DNA from: a phage
Reading direction: 5' to 3' (one strand)
DNA: 64,000 nucleotides
Sequence record: PV357171.2
Shown piece after piece: positions 16,898-25,812 of this stretch (its first letter is position 1; every line of letters starts with the position of its first letter). A program made the translations under genes and the position numbers. The notes below the pieces were generated by a model. It ran no database searches and was not told the DNA's origin. It worked only from the letters and a program-made list of their open reading frames with translations.

Positions 16898-17487
16898 TGA
16901 AGGTTAAATTCTGGTCAGACTTGCACTTAGACCACCCTGGAGCACTACGTTTCCGTCCGTGGTTTAAGAACATGAAAGAGCACGATGAGTATATTCTAGA
17001 TACTTTGTCCAAGCATATTGGTAAACGAACAAAACTTATTTTGCTAGGAGATATTGCAGTAGGTCGTGAAGGTCTGGCCAAATTAAAGTCGGTTATCCAC
17101 AATGTCCCTAATCAACTCATTATGGGTAATCATGATGCGGAGCGTCAAGGACTGAGTATTAGGGACTTAGCGGAAGTTTATGATGATATTCAGGCTCTAG
17201 GTAAACAGACTGGAGGTGGCAAAAAGTTTTGGCTATCTCACTGCCCTTTGCATCCCAATGAACTTCGTGGCAAACTAAATATTCATGGACACGTACATAC
17301 TACTTCTCTACGTGATCCACGTTATATCAATGTTTCATTTGAAATGAGTAAAACTCCAATTCCTCTAGAGGATATTGTGTCTGGTAAGTTTACTAGCTAT
17401 GATAAAGTAGTTAATTGTACTACCGGCGAGGTATTACAAATAGGGGAAGACGTAGCTGCTGTATTACGTGGGGATATAAATGTCTGA
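16897..17487 (+). CDS. metallophosphoesterase
   Basis: LGDIAVGREG, GNHD and GHVH motifs; AAGGAG before ATG. Confidence 0.6.
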   Translation: MKVKFWSDLHLDHPGALRFRPWFKNMKEHDEYILDTLSKHIGKRTKLILLGDIAVGREGLAKLKSVIHNVPNQLIMGNHDAERQGLSIRDLAEVYDDIQALGKQTGGGKKFWLSHCPLHPNELRGKLNIHGHVHTTSLRDPRYINVSFEMSKTPIPLEDIVSGKFTSYDKVVNCTTGEVLQIGEDVAAVLRGDINV

Positions 17488-17602
17488 GTATATAGCTGAG
17501 GCTATTATTAAACGAATCATACAAGCGATAGCAATACTTATAATCATTTGTATTGCTATTGGTACAGGATTAGGCATTTTAATTAAAAGTTTTATTTGCT
17601 AA
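17480..17602 (+). CDS. hypothetical small membrane peptide (40 aa)
   Basis: ATG overlapping the upstream stop; hydrophobic; below track cutoff and overlaps the next promoter. Confidence 0.25.
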   Translation: MSEYIAEAIIKRIIQAIAILIIICIAIGTGLGILIKSFIC

Positions 17603-17624
17603 AATGCTTAAGTTTCTGTATAAT
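17596..17624 (+). promoter_or_regulatory. sigma70-type promoter (TTGCTA-N17-TATAAT)
   Basis: Hexamers with 17-bp spacer upstream of ORF 17655. Confidence 0.6.
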
Positions 17625-17654
17625 TACTTTATAAATTGATGAGAAGGAATCAAA

Positions 17655-18086
17655 ATGAACAAAGTTGATAAAGCTCTAGTTTTCGCAGCAGCAGATAAGT
17701 TTGAACAAGTTAAGGCAACTTTCCGAACCTTGTTCCAGTCTTACGTTCAGGATAAGTCTAATCCTATCTCTGAACGTTTGATGGTCTGGGAATGTCATGC
17801 TTGCAATGCCCTATTAATTGCGGATTATCGTAGCGATATAGATAAAGATCTGTGCGAAATTCTTATCGCTGAGGAGGCAGAACGTTATCAGTTAATCTCT
17901 TTCCAAGATTTGGCGGAGCATATCATTCCTGATGATCTTTGGGATAAATACTACGGTGATCCTGAGGACGAAGGATTGACTCCAGAAGCCTGTATTGAGC
18001 TAATCTGCAAAGATCATCCTGAAATTGCAGAGAAATTTGAAAAAGTTTTTGCTTCTGAGTTCTCCGGCGTTGTTAACGATTGGTAA
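17655..18086 (+). CDS. hypothetical acidic protein
   Basis: 143 aa; GAAGGAA Shine-Dalgarno. Confidence 0.55.
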   Translation: MNKVDKALVFAAADKFEQVKATFRTLFQSYVQDKSNPISERLMVWECHACNALLIADYRSDIDKDLCEILIAEEAERYQLISFQDLAEHIIPDDLWDKYYGDPEDEGLTPEACIELICKDHPEIAEKFEKVFASEFSGVVNDW

Positions 18087-18103
18087 GTAATTAAAAAATT
18101 CAG

Positions 18104-18132
18104 TTGCTTTAAGCCTTAAAATTCTGTATAAT
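18104..18132 (+). promoter_or_regulatory. sigma70-type promoter (TTGCTT-N17-TATAAT)
   Basis: Hexamers with 17-bp spacer; conserved ATAAATTAATGAGAGAGG leader. Confidence 0.6.
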
Positions 18133-18164
18133 AAGTTCATAAATTAATGAGAGAGGAAATTCTA

Positions 18165-18443
18165 ATGGAAAACATGACTAAAGACTTCGACGCCTCTAAC
18201 CTTACCAAGACTGAAATGGCCAATGTATTAGCAATTCTCCTCGACATGCAAGGATTTGAGGGGCAACTGATGAAAATGTCTATTCCGGCGATGAAGAAGA
18301 TGTATGATTCTCTTAACAAGAACGCTATGGCCTTTAACTTAGCAAAACAAGAGGCACGCTTTGCTAAGGAGCATCAAGCAGTGGCAGAACGCCGAGCAGC
18401 TAGCTTTGAGCGTGAAGTCAAGCAATTAAAGAAAAAATGCTAA
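18165..18443 (+). CDS. hypothetical protein
   Basis: Start set at ATG after the GAGAGG leader (track start 18147 lies inside the leader). Confidence 0.5.
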   Translation: MENMTKDFDASNLTKTEMANVLAILLDMQGFEGQLMKMSIPAMKKMYDSLNKNAMAFNLAKQEARFAKEHQAVAERRAASFEREVKQLKKKC

Positions 18444-18967
18444 CACAAGAAAGATTAAAAGAGTTATTTGAATACCGCCCGGAAACGGGCGAGTTTATAA
18501 GGAAAGTCAGTAGAGGACGAGGTAAAGCAGGTAGTATTGCTGGTAGTCCTGATAGGGATGGTTATATATTTATTGGGATAAATAGAAAAAGATATGCAGC
18601 CCATAGGTTAGCCTTTTTGTACATGGAGGGGTATATTCCAAATCTAGTACACCACTTAAATAATATAAGAAAAGATAATAGATGGTGTAATTTAAAAGAT
18701 TGTACGTCCCAAGAAAATAATCGTAGCAAAATCGCTCAATCTAATTCGGGGTACTTAGGAGTTACCTGGAAAAAGATCGACAACAATGGAGAGTCCAGGC
18801 CAGAAGCGCCGAAAGCATTACAGTACACGGAGGCTATTTTAGGTATCTAGATTTAGAGTTGGCAGTTCAAAGAGCTAATGAACTACGTTTAGAACTACAT
18901 GGGCCTAATGCTGTTATAGAAACTTTTGATCATACAAAACCCTTACCTACTTTAGAGGACTTAAATA
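18437..18967 (+). pseudogene. HNH endonuclease with AP2-like domain, apparent -1 frameshift in an A5 run near 18771-18775
   Basis: N-terminal part in the frame of ORF 18437..18850; the expected continuation (…QQWRVQAR…LELHGPNAV) reads in another frame to TGA at about 18965; aligns to the intact paralog 34018..34557. Confidence 0.5.
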
Positions 18968-18968
18968 A

Positions 18969-19250
18969 ATGATTACAGAAATTCTCATTGGATTGCTAGT
19001 TCTTACTACACTAGTAGCGATTGGCGGAGTTATTGGGATTGTGAATGCACGAAAAAGCATGGAAAATATGCTTATTACTAATGATGGACTACACCACCGT
19101 TTGCTAGAGCAAGAGCAGGATATTGAATTAGCACAAAGACGCTCGGATATTCTTAAGGAAAAATTAAATAATATAGAAGCAATAGTTGGGAATAATAAAT
19201 TACCTGCTAAAGTAATGCGTACCCAGATAATCACGGAGATTAAAAAATGA
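18969..19250 (+). CDS. hypothetical membrane protein
   Basis: 93 aa; N-terminal transmembrane helix; AGAGGA Shine-Dalgarno. Confidence 0.5.
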   Translation: MITEILIGLLVLTTLVAIGGVIGIVNARKSMENMLITNDGLHHRLLEQEQDIELAQRRSDILKEKLNNIEAIVGNNKLPAKVMRTQIITEIKK

Positions 19251-19492
19251 TGATGTTTATTCTAGCACTTTACCTAATCGTGGTGGGAGTTCTAGTTACT
19301 AAGTATCACACATGGACACCAAAGAATATAGCTAAGGTAGCATTATTTGTTATTCCAGTACCACTTATTATCTTTTCTATGTTACTGGTGATGTTAATTG
19401 GTAGAGTAACAAAGACCGATGTTAAGCGCATTGCTGACGAATTGCAACAGTCCTGTGATATGATTGAGGATATTATTAAAGATGAAACTTAA
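19247..19492 (+). CDS. hypothetical membrane protein
   Basis: 81 aa; two hydrophobic helices; ATGA overlap. Confidence 0.5.
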   Translation: MMMFILALYLIVVGVLVTKYHTWTPKNIAKVALFVIPVPLIIFSMLLVMLIGRVTKTDVKRIADELQQSCDMIEDIIKDET

Positions 19493-19808
19493 TTTCAATG
19501 AGTTAAATACTTTGCATGAGCTGTTACAGTTTGTAAATAATAATATTAGTATTCCAGATGATACACTAGAAGTTCTCATGTTAATCGAGAAAAAGGTAGG
19601 GGTTGAAATTGAGGATTCTTGGAAACCACTTTCTACATTAACACCTCTTAATATGAAAGTGATTGTTAAAAATATTCATACTGGTGAAGAGTATGAAATG
19701 ACTCGTAAAGAATTAGCTAACAGCTATTCACCAGAGTCTGTAGTGATGCACCATAGTGATACCCCTACGGTTCTACAGACAGCTAATTACGTATGGCGTC
19801 TCCCATGA
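19482..19808 (+). CDS. hypothetical protein
   Basis: Internal ATG chosen (track TTG start at 19464). Confidence 0.4.
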   Translation: MKLNFNELNTLHELLQFVNNNISIPDDTLEVLMLIEKKVGVEIEDSWKPLSTLTPLNMKVIVKNIHTGEEYEMTRKELANSYSPESVVMHHSDTPTVLQTANYVWRLP

Positions 19809-19907
19809 TTGATTTAGTACCAATTACTGCGGGGCTAATAGCACTATTAGTGCTCACAGTTTTCATTATTGTGGAGCAGGCCAAAGTAATAAGGAGACTT
19901 AAAAACA

Positions 19908-20108
19908 ATGATAAAACGTCTTGTTTATCAGGCACCAAAGATTGTAACTGAGTATTTTGTATTACTGCCTCAGATTGTATTTCTAACAGCGTTATTTAAC
20001 ATACTTTTTCGACATCTAGGAATAACGGAAAATATATTCTATACTTCTGGGTTACTTCCTTTTATGTATGAAGGCATTATCATGGCAATTAACGGGGTTC
20101 GTAAATGA
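19908..20108 (+). CDS. hypothetical membrane protein
   Basis: 66 aa; AAGGAG Shine-Dalgarno. Confidence 0.45.
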   Translation: MIKRLVYQAPKIVTEYFVLLPQIVFLTALFNILFRHLGITENIFYTSGLLPFMYEGIIMAINGVRK

Positions 20109-20566
20109 CAGCACTACAACAACTACAGAATTACTGGTTTGATAACCAATTTAACGATCTTTTCATCCAGTTGTTTGTCGAAACGAACGGACGCTTCAAC
20201 TACCGATTCTTTAATAAGTTTCATGAAACAAAATTCTCACATACGGAAATTAACGCAGCGATCCAAGACCTAACTGGTTCTAAAGTAGTTCAATATCGCG
20301 AAGTAGACTTTACTCCAGATTGTTTTGGATTTGAATTGTTTAAGAAAGCATATAAATTTGGTAAGTTTGAAGATGCTCGTCAATGGGTTCACGATTTTTG
20401 GTATAACACCGATATTGTTCCTAGTCGCGTGCTGATTCTTAACTGGATTGCTAAGCAACATCCACCTAAAACGCAATCATCCTTCTTACCGACTGACACA
20501 GGAAACCTCTACCATGACAGAAAAGAAAAATCCATTATTGGAGCAGATGAAGGAGTGGGAGAGTAA
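20105..20566 (+). CDS. hypothetical protein
   Basis: 153 aa; ATGA overlap with upstream stop. Confidence 0.5.
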   Translation: MTALQQLQNYWFDNQFNDLFIQLFVETNGRFNYRFFNKFHETKFSHTEINAAIQDLTGSKVVQYREVDFTPDCFGFELFKKAYKFGKFEDARQWVHDFWYNTDIVPSRVLILNWIAKQHPPKTQSSFLPTDTGNLYHDRKEKSIIGADEGVGE

Positions 20567-20885
20567 TATTGAAACTGGTCTAATAGACGGTGAAGATATT
20601 GTCAACTCCATGCTAGAAGTAACAGTAGATAATATTAATCCTATTTTGGCCGGAGAAACCTCAGATCTTATAGGACTCTCTAGCACATTTGATTCTTTGG
20701 CTAAATTAGCTTTAGACGATGAAGAGATAACCAAAGAAGATCTCGCTACAGCTATGAATATGGCTATTAATGCTTACATCAGTAAACGTACTGATGAACT
20801 TGGTAAACAGATCAATAAGCGTGATGCTACGCTAGGTCTTATGGAAACGGCCACTATGTTAAGAAGTGGTAAACAACTTCATTAA
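20514..20885 (+). CDS. hypothetical protein
   Basis: Internal ATG chosen to limit overlap (track start 20448). Confidence 0.4.
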   Translation: MTEKKNPLLEQMKEWESNIETGLIDGEDIVNSMLEVTVDNINPILAGETSDLIGLSSTFDSLAKLALDDEEITKEDLATAMNMAINAYISKRTDELGKQINKRDATLGLMETATMLRSGKQLH

Positions 20886-20893
20886 TTTTAGGA

Positions 20894-20929
20894 GGCCAGG
20901 ACTTATTTGTTCTGGCCTTTTATGTTTTC
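20894..20929 (+). terminator. rho-independent terminator
   Basis: GGCCAGGA...CTGGCC hairpin followed by TTTTATGTTTT. Confidence 0.55.
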
Positions 20930-20941
20930 AAGGAACTTCAA

Positions 20942-21145
20942 ATGCAAGTATATGTCCTTACCAGAGATATAAATGAGTATAATCAGGATGGTGAGTATTT
21001 TGTAAAAGTATTCGCTGAAAAGCCAAGTAAACAACAGTTATTAGATGCTGGAGTACCGGAAGACCAAGCTAAGTGTTTACTACAAGATAAAGAGTTTACT
21101 GGAGATGCTTACGAATGCTTCTACCTTAACTGTGAGACTATTTAA
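20942..21145 (+). CDS. hypothetical protein
   Basis: 67 aa ORF after terminator. Confidence 0.45.
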   Translation: MQVYVLTRDINEYNQDGEYFVKVFAEKPSKQQLLDAGVPEDQAKCLLQDKEFTGDAYECFYLNCETI

Positions 21146-21146
21146 T

Positions 21147-21593
21147 ATGAGAGAGAAAGTAAATGAATTATTAATCGAGGAAGCTAACAACTTTCCAATA
21201 AATAGGTTCATTAAATCGGATGGTTCTATTAATAGAACTAAGATTAAGCAGCTACATCCCGACTTTCAACAAGAAGCGCTAAACCTTATATTTATCAAGA
21301 AAGCTGTTGCAGCTCATGGGGCTTTCTTCGGGTATGAGCGTGTAAATTATAAGACAATGCAACAGCAAGTCGAGATCTATTGTCCAGACCATGATGGCTA
21401 TTACTGGCAAACTGCTAGATCTCATTTAGAAGGGCATGGTTGTCGACTGTGTGCACACAAGGTTGTGCAGCGTGTCACGGATTATGGAACTTATACCGTA
21501 CCAGCATGTTACCATAAATTTGTAATTGACGATAATCACATAGTTTGGTATAATAAGTTTTCAAAGCTAAGAATGGAGATAAGTAGTGAGTAG
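21147..21593 (+). CDS. hypothetical protein with Cys/His-rich C-terminal half
   Basis: Start set at ATG directly after the upstream stop (track start 21045). Confidence 0.45.
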   Translation: MREKVNELLIEEANNFPINRFIKSDGSINRTKIKQLHPDFQQEALNLIFIKKAVAAHGAFFGYERVNYKTMQQQVEIYCPDHDGYYWQTARSHLEGHGCRLCAHKVVQRVTDYGTYTVPACYHKFVIDDNHIVWYNKFSKLRMEISSE

Positions 21594-21876
21594 CTATATT
21601 ATATGGTCAAATCCATTAGCAGCACTTAGTAACAAACTATTTAAAACAACGTGGGGGTATAATGAAATAGACTTAGGTAGTCGCCCAATACCAAACAAAC
21701 ACCCCTTAGTTCCAGAGCTGTATAGGGTAGTAATAAATGACACAGAGTATTTGGTTGATAAATTTGACAGAAAACGTTTACTAGAGGGTATCTACGATAA
21801 TTCTATATCGATAAATGAATTAGTAGAACATGCCCAAATATACGATAAGAGCTGGATGTTAATATGGAGATCATAG
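21586..21876 (+). CDS. hypothetical protein
   Basis: 96 aa; GTG start overlapping upstream stop. Confidence 0.4.
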   Translation: MSSYIIWSNPLAALSNKLFKTTWGYNEIDLGSRPIPNKHPLVPELYRVVINDTEYLVDKFDRKRLLEGIYDNSISINELVEHAQIYDKSWMLIWRS

Positions 21877-22097
21877 TAATTATTTTAGCAGTTATGTTAT
21901 TTATTGTAACATTAGTATCGTTTGCTATTATGCGCAGAGCTAAAGAACTAGCGGAAGATCTAACAAAATTACGCGGTGAGTTAGCTGCTCTTAAATTACA
22001 GCGTGAGGCTTTAAAGTTGTTTGTGGTTCAGGGTAGCGTAGAACATACAACGGAAGACTTCATCACGTATCTCAAACGTTACATGGGAATTAAATAA
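21864..22097 (+). CDS. hypothetical membrane protein
   Basis: 77 aa; N-terminal transmembrane helix then coiled-coil-like region. Confidence 0.45.
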   Translation: MEIIVIILAVMLFIVTLVSFAIMRRAKELAEDLTKLRGELAALKLQREALKLFVVQGSVEHTTEDFITYLKRYMGIK

Positions 22098-22282
22098 TGG
22101 AAACTCTTTTTCTTTTAATGCTAGTAGGTTCCTTGCTAGTTATATTAGCACTTCTACTGATCTGCAATATTCTTAATAATAAGAATCTAGAGCTAAAGTG
22201 TGAAAACCAAATCCTTAATCGTGAACTTAAACAATATAACATAGCAGCGCACAAGCTACTAGACAAATTGGAGAATAAGTAA
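22097..22282 (+). CDS. hypothetical membrane protein
   Basis: 61 aa; TAATG overlap; hydrophobic N-terminus. Confidence 0.4.
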   Translation: METLFLLMLVGSLLVILALLLICNILNNKNLELKCENQILNRELKQYNIAAHKLLDKLENK

Positions 22283-22887
22283 TGACTTTATATGCACAAC
22301 AACCTGTTCAAGTAGTACCAGACCATGAATTAAATACATGGGATTATGATTTTAAAGACTTAACTGCCACTGTACAGTTCAAATCTATGAAATTAACCTT
22401 TGCGCACACTGATATTAAAGCCTGTAAAGATCTTGAGCATAAATTAAAAGAAGCTCGTAAGATCTTTGGCAAGGCTCGGATTCCAGCTGATAACCTTATT
22501 AACGCATTAATAGATGCTGGTTATAAACTCGTAAAGACTGAGGTGAACCGCCCTAGTACTCCTGTGACTGTTGGAGGTTCCTGGACCAAAAGTGGTATCG
22601 CATTTAATCCTAAAATAACGTCGGATTTGCACAATGTTCCATGTGGTGGCGTTATAGAAAATAATTCCTCATATCGAGTTGGTGAAGATTACGGCCCTTC
22701 TGTACAGTTGCAACATACTCAAGAAGCTTTTGAATCTGATATGCGAAGCGTAGCACCTGTGGATACTGAAGGTTTTAGAAGTCCCAGCTATGTTACTCAC
22801 TTTAATAATCTTAGGCCTGGGAGTATAAATGATACTATCCTTGAGGCGTTGGGAGCTGCTCTTAACGAAGATAAGAGAGGTAGTTAA
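22282..22887 (+). CDS. hypothetical protein
   Basis: 201 aa; TAATG overlap. Confidence 0.55.
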   Translation: MTLYAQQPVQVVPDHELNTWDYDFKDLTATVQFKSMKLTFAHTDIKACKDLEHKLKEARKIFGKARIPADNLINALIDAGYKLVKTEVNRPSTPVTVGGSWTKSGIAFNPKITSDLHNVPCGGVIENNSSYRVGEDYGPSVQLQHTQEAFESDMRSVAPVDTEGFRSPSYVTHFNNLRPGSINDTILEALGAALNEDKRGS

Positions 22888-22964
22888 TCCTCTAATACAT
22901 GAGCCTCTACAGAGGCTCTAAAATAAAAAGAAGGTCGTCCAGACCTTAAAAACGGGAGATAATA

Positions 22965-23849
22965 ATGTATAACTTTAAAGATAAACTAAGACAAAATGCT
23001 GGTAAAACAAAACCTAAAGAGAACAATAATGTTCCTAATGCCAAAGTATTACCATTTCCAGAACTATCCCAAGAAGAAAAAGATAAGTTAGCATTTATGT
23101 TTGATGCACTTATAGGGCTAAATGGACGTTTATATTCCTCTCTCAATATTAATGAGAAACGTTTAGTAGAGATGTTTTGTAAACGTTACCAAGTTACTTC
23201 AAAGGGCAATTCTTATAAAGAAGGTGAGAAAGCATTTACAGTCTTAAAGATTAGCGCATATGCACATCGTTTCTTAGTTTATGGGTTGCAAATGGAATAC
23301 TTTACTATCCCATCATTTAGCTCTTTCCATATCTTTGAAGATGAACGAATGAATATTGATGATCTCTACGGGGATACATACAAATACTCAGGAAGTCCAT
23401 TCCACGATGCATTAAGGAGTTACCCATCTAACTATTTACCCATTAGAGCATCTCAAGGTAAAGCTAGCATCTTTGCTGTATACTCAGGATCTAAAGCATC
23501 GGATCTAGAAACTTATATATTTAAAGAGCGTAAATCTGTGCTTCCAGATGAAGCATTGTATAACAATCCATTGCTTCCAGAAAAAGAACCAGAAAAAATT
23601 GATGTAACCCCACCAATACCGTCTGACTCTCAGTATTTAATTTATGAGAAACAAGTTAAGTTATCCCTAGAAATTGGATTAGTTACACCGCTTGCTGCAG
23701 CATTCATAAATAGATATCTAGAAATTCCTGATGAGTTCCACACACGTTATAATACGAATATTCAGATAACGGATGAACTAATTGCGTTAGCAAAAGATAC
23801 ACCTACAGATACTGAGGCGTATCAAAAAGCATACCAAGAGTTACTATAA
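22965..23849 (+). CDS. hypothetical protein
   Basis: 294 aa; GGGAGA before ATG; last + strand gene before the repeat-rich block. Confidence 0.55.
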   Translation: MYNFKDKLRQNAGKTKPKENNNVPNAKVLPFPELSQEEKDKLAFMFDALIGLNGRLYSSLNINEKRLVEMFCKRYQVTSKGNSYKEGEKAFTVLKISAYAHRFLVYGLQMEYFTIPSFSSFHIFEDERMNIDDLYGDTYKYSGSPFHDALRSYPSNYLPIRASQGKASIFAVYSGSKASDLETYIFKERKSVLPDEALYNNPLLPEKEPEKIDVTPPIPSDSQYLIYEKQVKLSLEIGLVTPLAAAFINRYLEIPDEFHTRYNTNIQITDELIALAKDTPTDTEAYQKAYQELL

Positions 23850-23905
23850 TACTCTGCATGTCTCGGTGCACAATACCTGTACCGAGACTCAAATACAAAC
23901 TCTCG

Positions 23906-23934
23906 TTGACAGATAGCTAAATGTATGTTATCAT
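23906..23934 (+). promoter_or_regulatory. candidate sigma70 promoter (TTGACA-N17-TATCAT)
   Basis: Consensus -35 with 17-bp spacer; no ORF follows, it reads into the repeat region. Confidence 0.3.
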
Positions 23935-24243
23935 AACTCTATGAGTTAATAGAATTAACCATTTAGAGTTGCCACACAGAAGGTGTGGTGGTTCAGTAAT
24001 TTAAAATTACTAACTTGTAGCGGAGGATACGGAGCGACAGGACAAGTTAATAAGTAATTTAATATAAATTACTAGAAACATCACGAGACCTTCTGGCGGG
24101 GGGCAAAGCTCTATATGAGAACCCTGGGGGATCTTATATTTAAAATAAAAGTAAAACTTTTGACCACATAATTTACATTCAAGATGATACACCTGTTGCC
24201 GCTCATCTGCTAGGATGGCACAACACTTTCTTCTAGACTCCTA

Positions 24244-24572
24244 AGTTTCTAGGAAATTGATAAGCACAAATTCTAGAGATCACACAAAAATATTCATCGG
24301 ATTTGCACATATTCTAGGGCAGTTTTCACTGTTCCTAGAAACTCCAGCAATAGGCGGTTAATACAGGGCGGTTATAGGGAGGGCGGTTATTTCTAGGAGA
24401 CATTTTTTGAAAACACATTTCCAGAAATTACTGTCGGATTTGCACATTGTGTTTCTAGAAATTTATGGTCGGATTTGCACAAACGCCTAAGTTTTTAGGA
24501 ACTCTTACTCTCCTGAAAATAGCAGCATTATTTCGGGCCGAAGGCCCATGATTGCCTGAGTTTTTAGAGCCA
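24244..24572 (+). repeat. about six dispersed copies of GTTT(C/T)TAG(A/G)AA motif
   Basis: Copies read near 24244, 24321, 24380, 24450, 24487 and 24559. Confidence 0.5.
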
Positions 24573-25034
24573 CAAGAATTTTCACTTGTCAAGCTATTTT
24601 GCCCCATTTTGCTAATAAAATTTTACTTTTTCTGCACCTATCTCAAATTTCCCCAAATTATCTCAACTCTTCCCCAAAATCCCCGCAAATCAGGTGCTCC
24701 GCACCAATCCTGCGCCTACTTCCTTCTAGTCCCAAAATTTCTCTCACTCTCTCATCCTCTCCTCAAACCTATACAATCACACACCCTCTCATCGAAGTCA
24801 TAAAAATCTTGTCGGATTCGCACATCTCAACACATGTCGGATTTGCACATACTCTAGCTAATCCCACAGGATTCGAACGCAGTTCGTGATTGCTGGAGTT
24901 TTTGGGAAAATTCATTGTCGGATTTGCACACTATAAAAATTTTTCGGGTCGGATTTGCACACTACCAAAAATTGTCGGATTCGCACATACACGCCCACGC
25001 GTAATCCATGGGGGCAAATGTCGGTTTTGCACAA
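24297..25034 (+). repeat. nine direct copies of 15-bp motif GTCGGAT(T/C)TGCACA (iteron-like array)
   Basis: Copies at about 24297, 24433, 24468, 24811, 24836, 24917, 24948, 24974 and 25020, all same orientation. Confidence 0.7.
24595..24795 (+). repeat. about 200-bp polypyrimidine (C/T-rich, G-poor) tract on the + strand
   Basis: Strong strand asymmetry with repeated CCCCAAA(A)T units. Confidence 0.6.
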
Positions 25035-25059
25035 AAGCGCAGGGCAATTGCCCTGCTCG

Positions 25060-25255
25060 CCTGAATGCGAATAAAAATAAGAATCATTCTCATTTAAAAA
25101 GTGGAATGCGAATGAGAATCATTATCATTTAGAAAACGGAATGAGAACTATTCAAGAAGTGAAATGATTCTCATTTAAAAAGTGGAGTGATTATCGATTA
25201 GCTAGTGAAATGCGAATGATAATGATTCGCATTTAAAAACGGAAGTGAGAAACAC
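25060..25255 (+). repeat. four degenerate tandem units sharing (C/T)CATTTA(A/G)AAA(GT/C)GGA(A/G)TG and GAATGCGAATGA cores
   Basis: Units read at about 25089, 25124, 25168 and 25228. Confidence 0.5.
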
Positions 25256-25266
25256 TGCTATTTAAG

Positions 25267-25275
25267 TTATCCACA
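25267..25275 (+). promoter_or_regulatory. DnaA-box consensus 9-mer TTATCCACA
   Basis: Perfect match to the high-affinity DnaA box consensus. Confidence 0.5.
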
Positions 25276-25327
25276 GACTTATTAACAGCACGATTTGACT
25301 TGACAGAATCCTAGCCATTTTGAGGCG

Positions 25328-25336
25328 TTATCCACA
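25328..25336 (+). promoter_or_regulatory. DnaA-box consensus 9-mer TTATCCACA (inside left inverted repeat)
   Basis: Perfect 9-mer. Confidence 0.5.
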
Positions 25337-25491
25337 GACTTATCCCCAGGTTATTCTACTGTATAAATATACAGTATTCCTATGCAGTGAATAATTCTAA
25401 TATAGGCTTAAAACGTCCTGAGTGGTGGTACTAAAACAAAGGGGTATTTATCTGAAGGACTGAAAAACTGGGATCTGCTCCCCGCTTGTTA

Positions 25492-25686
25492 TCAGTCCGG
25501 TAATTGATGCGTGATCTTCTCCTCCTCCCCGTAGGAATCCACCAAATGCTGATAATACCCATCGTTATCATAAATCACTTTATCATAATCGCCACGCTCG
25601 ACCGCTTGCCGATTTTCCAGCGTATCAGGCACAAAGAAAGTATCAACGGTAACAGTAGTTTTAGTTACAACAATTTTATCACTCAT
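25492..25686 (-). CDS. hypothetical protein
   Basis: 64-aa ORF inside the inverted-repeat cassette. Confidence 0.35.
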   Translation of the reverse strand: MSDKIVVTKTTVTVDTFFVPDTLENRQAVERGDYDKVIYDNDGYYQHLVDSYGEEEKITHQLPD

Positions 25687-25812
25687 AACGCCATCGCCCC
25701 TAGAATGAGAATGATTATTATTACCATTACAAGCCCGTTACTAAATCGTAAACGCTGGGAATGTTTACCAGCGGTATTATTAGATTTATGGGATTGCGTT
25801 TTACGCCACCAG

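Noticed and set aside
19805-19955. About 50-aa hydrophobic ORF starting at an ATGA overlap
   Set aside because: It overlaps ORF 19908..20108, which has a clear AAGGAG ribosome-binding site; insufficient evidence to call both.
22899-22930. Terminator after ORF 22282..22887
   Set aside because: The GAGCCTCTACAGAGGCTC hairpin is followed by an A-rich rather than T-rich tract on the + strand, so it was not called as an intrinsic terminator.
24552-25132. Three + strand ORFs (24552..24803, 24599..24889, 24890..25132) and 24010..24192 -, 25504..25842 +
   Set aside because: Low-complexity translations of the polypyrimidine tract and repeat arrays, with no start context; treated as non-coding.
24297-25255. 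Possible CRISPR array, given many short direct repeats
   Set aside because: Repeat units are 15 bp or degenerate, irregularly spaced, without unique spacers of uniform length, and no cas genes are present; an iteron-like binding-site array fits better.
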